Shown here: positions 62,170 to 64,000 of the stretch, in pieces | Numbering within the stretch: position 1 is the stretch's first letter | Layout of the letters: each line of letters begins with the position of its first letter | DNA from: Carcharhinus amblyrhynchos | Lineage: Eukaryota | DNA: 64,000 nt | Direction of reading: 5' to 3' | NCBI GenBank assembly: GCA_965287045.1 | Contig: OZ336885.1 | Location: forward strand, 60,636,001 to 60,700,000 | Program-made: the position numbers and the translations under genes | Notes under the pieces: model-generated | The model's input: only the letters and a program-made list of their open reading frames with translations | The model's database searches: none | What the model was told of the DNA's origin: nothing

Positions 62170-62958
62170 CTAAAATAATTGTGTTCAATCAATAGTTAAG
62201 AATATTTATCTTATACTCTACTGAACGTGAGTTTGCGTGTACACCATTTATTAAATTGGACGAATGCTGACAGCTCACCCTGGTCATATTCCCATCACCG
62301 GGACGTCAAACTAAATTCAGAATTCGCAGTTCAAGACGGACTCTTTAATTTGTTCAATACCTTGTTATGGAGGTCTAGATTTATACATAATCGACACTAT
62401 AGATGGTCTACTTATCCGTCCGTCTGTCTACCCATCCAGCCATTCACCCATCGACCTAACTTTATCAGGGGGTTTTGTCTATTGTTTTATGATTCTCTAT
62501 ATGTCCTAATGGGAAATTTAGCTATCTGTTTGTCTGTGTAAATTTGGCCCTGTGTATTCTCTTATTAGAATATGTATATGCAAATGTACCTTTGTATAAG
62601 CACAAATCTGTTTAAAGCATTTACTTATTTGTGCTTCCGCATATATGAACATGCGAATTAGGATCACCAGCAGTTCACCCTGCTGCTAGAGGCTGTCGCG
62701 ACACTTAGGTTATTTCTAATCTGACTTTAACCTTCAAAAACACCAACTAATTATTCACCTTGCCTTAAAAATCTTCAAGTCCTCTAATTTAATTGTCTTT
62801 CTTCGAAGGAAGGAGACCGAAAGGTTAACTTCCATGCCGGAGAAAACAGCATCCCCTTGTCTGTGCCTTAAACGTTCGACCATTATGTTCACTGTTTTTA
62901 ATATCACACGGCATTCTCGCTTCTGCAGCTTTGATTATTTTATCTTATGCTGATATAC

Positions 62959-62993
62959 CTGCTTTCAGTTTTCTGTAGTATACCTTAAAATGT
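62959..62993 (-). pseudogene. 35-nt micro-exon, possibly a 36-nt unit with a 1-nt deletion
   Basis: actgcag|ACATTTTAAGGTATACTACAGAAAACTGAAAGCAG|gtatat; stop when read in phase 1. Confidence 0.35.
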
Positions 62994-63219
62994 CTGCAGT
63001 TGCATCTTTGCTTGTCTATTCCTTAAAATGTTTGATAAGTCACTGTAGCTACTCGTACGTTCTTGTCCTCAGCTGTGTCCTCTTTCAGAATTAAAATTCT
63101 AAACTTTGATGTGCAATGCCTTACTTCAAACTATTTGAAATTCAATCATATTGTGATCTGCATAACCCACTCTTGCATAGTTTCAACTGTTCCTTGGTTG
63201 GCTCTTGGATAGAATTTAC

Positions 63220-63340
63220 TATCAAATTATTCAGAGAGCACGCTACGAAATATTTTGTGAATGATGTTGCAAAATCATCCGAGTTGCTCAATATTTCAGG
63301 GACAGCACAGGGAATTCAACTGATGGTACAACATATACAA
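63220..63340 (-). pseudogene. Degenerate linker-type exon
   Basis: Strong acceptor tttatttttgtctttcgcag; stops in all frames; later frame gives PEILSNSDD (cf. EILSSEDS at 56116); DNA resembles the 10199-10370 exon. Confidence 0.4.
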
Positions 63341-63559
63341 CTGCGAAAGACAAAAATAAATTAAGCTTGCACAGATAAAACGATTGTAAGTATGTTCAGC
63401 AACAATTGTTCAGAAGCAAACTTAAAGAAAGCCAATAATAAAGAAATTATTACATGGATCATAAAACATGACATAACAGAAACAGAGAGAGCGTATCATT
63501 AATAGAACTACAACACTAGATACAGAGTAACAATCGCTGGTATGCCGTGCCACTCCTAC

Positions 63560-63586
63560 CTTTTTCTTTTTGAGACAAGGCATTAT
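63560..63586 (-). CDS. 27-nt micro-exon, (N/D)NALSQKEK
   Basis: cctttcctcctcggccag|ATAATGCCTTGTCTCAAAAAGAAAAAG|gtagga. Confidence 0.75.
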
Positions 63587-63808
63587 CTGGCCGAGGAGGA
63601 AAGGTCAACAGCAATTATTGTAGCAATTGAATGATTGATTTTTGGTCAAATTCGAAGGTTTTATTCAGTTGATCAACAGTAGTATAAATAAGTAATTGTG
63701 TTAAAATTTCTATGACAAGGAATTGCGCACAACTACTGCAGAGTATTTTGCACTGAATTGATGTCAATTATAGTTTGCATTTTCACATGGTATTCTCTGG
63801 GTGCTCAC

Positions 63809-63844
63809 TCTTTTCAGTAAGTGCGTCTTTCAAGGCAGAGCATT
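63809..63844 (-). CDS. 36-nt micro-exon, (E)CSALKDALTEK
   Basis: ttttctttcattacag|AATGCTCTGCCTTGAAAGACGCACTTACTGAAAAGA|gtgagc. Confidence 0.75.
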
Positions 63845-64000
63845 CTGTAATGAAAGAAAATAGAATCCTTCGTAAATTTTTAAATTGTTGGTAAAATTAC
63901 AACAGATCCCAAAATTGTGGGTGGATCCAAAAGAATTAAACCCAAGACTTGCATCAATGGGCAAACCTGTGAATCACAAGAAGGCACCGGGGTGTGATTT

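Larger units (their letters stand above)
2987..63844 (-). other. Candidate multi-exon gene (or decaying tandem gene array) built from repeated 36-nt/27-nt phase-1 micro-exons encoding a coiled coil, plus larger linker exons; start and stop not identified
   Basis: At least 17 same-strand micro-exons of two fixed lengths with AG acceptors and GT donors, all open in phase 1 and encoding related heptad peptides; homologous larger exons between them. No family recognised. Confidence 0.75.

Noticed and set aside
4505-63844. Collagen assignment from 27- and 36-nt exon sizes
   Set aside because: No Gly-X-Y periodicity; peptides are Glu/Lys/Leu-rich heptads.
4505-63844. Butyrophilin/BG or TRIM assignment
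   Set aside because: No Ig, transmembrane, RING/B-box or B30.2 exon seen in the window and the dominant exon size is not 21 nt; kept only as an analogy.
1-64000. CRISPR arrays, operons or other prokaryotic systems
   Set aside because: Sequence is eukaryotic; no regularly spaced repeat-spacer array or dense coding seen.

Overview
AT-rich, repeat-dense vertebrate genomic DNA, most likely from a shark or ray. That assignment is inferred from many tRNA-headed HE1-type SINEs and CR1/HER1-type LINE tails, plus Rex1, RTE and Penelope-like remnants. The only long ORF in the track (53153-54451) is a truncated CR1 reverse transcriptase fused by chance to a SINE. The main signal is invisible to the ORF track. 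On the minus strand, across the whole window, lies an array of tiny canonical AG/GT exons: at least seven of 36 nt and ten of 27 nt. All read open as symmetric phase-1 exons and encode related coiled-coil peptides (a 36+27 pair gives 21 aa, three heptads). They are interleaved with a family of larger, mutually homologous linker exons, most of which are broken. This looks like part of an unidentified, internally amplified micro-exon coiled-coil gene, or a decaying tandem gene cluster, that probably continues past the window edges. All exon calls were made by eye, with no expression or database evidence. The first residue of each phase-1 peptide assumes a G from the preceding exon unless stated.
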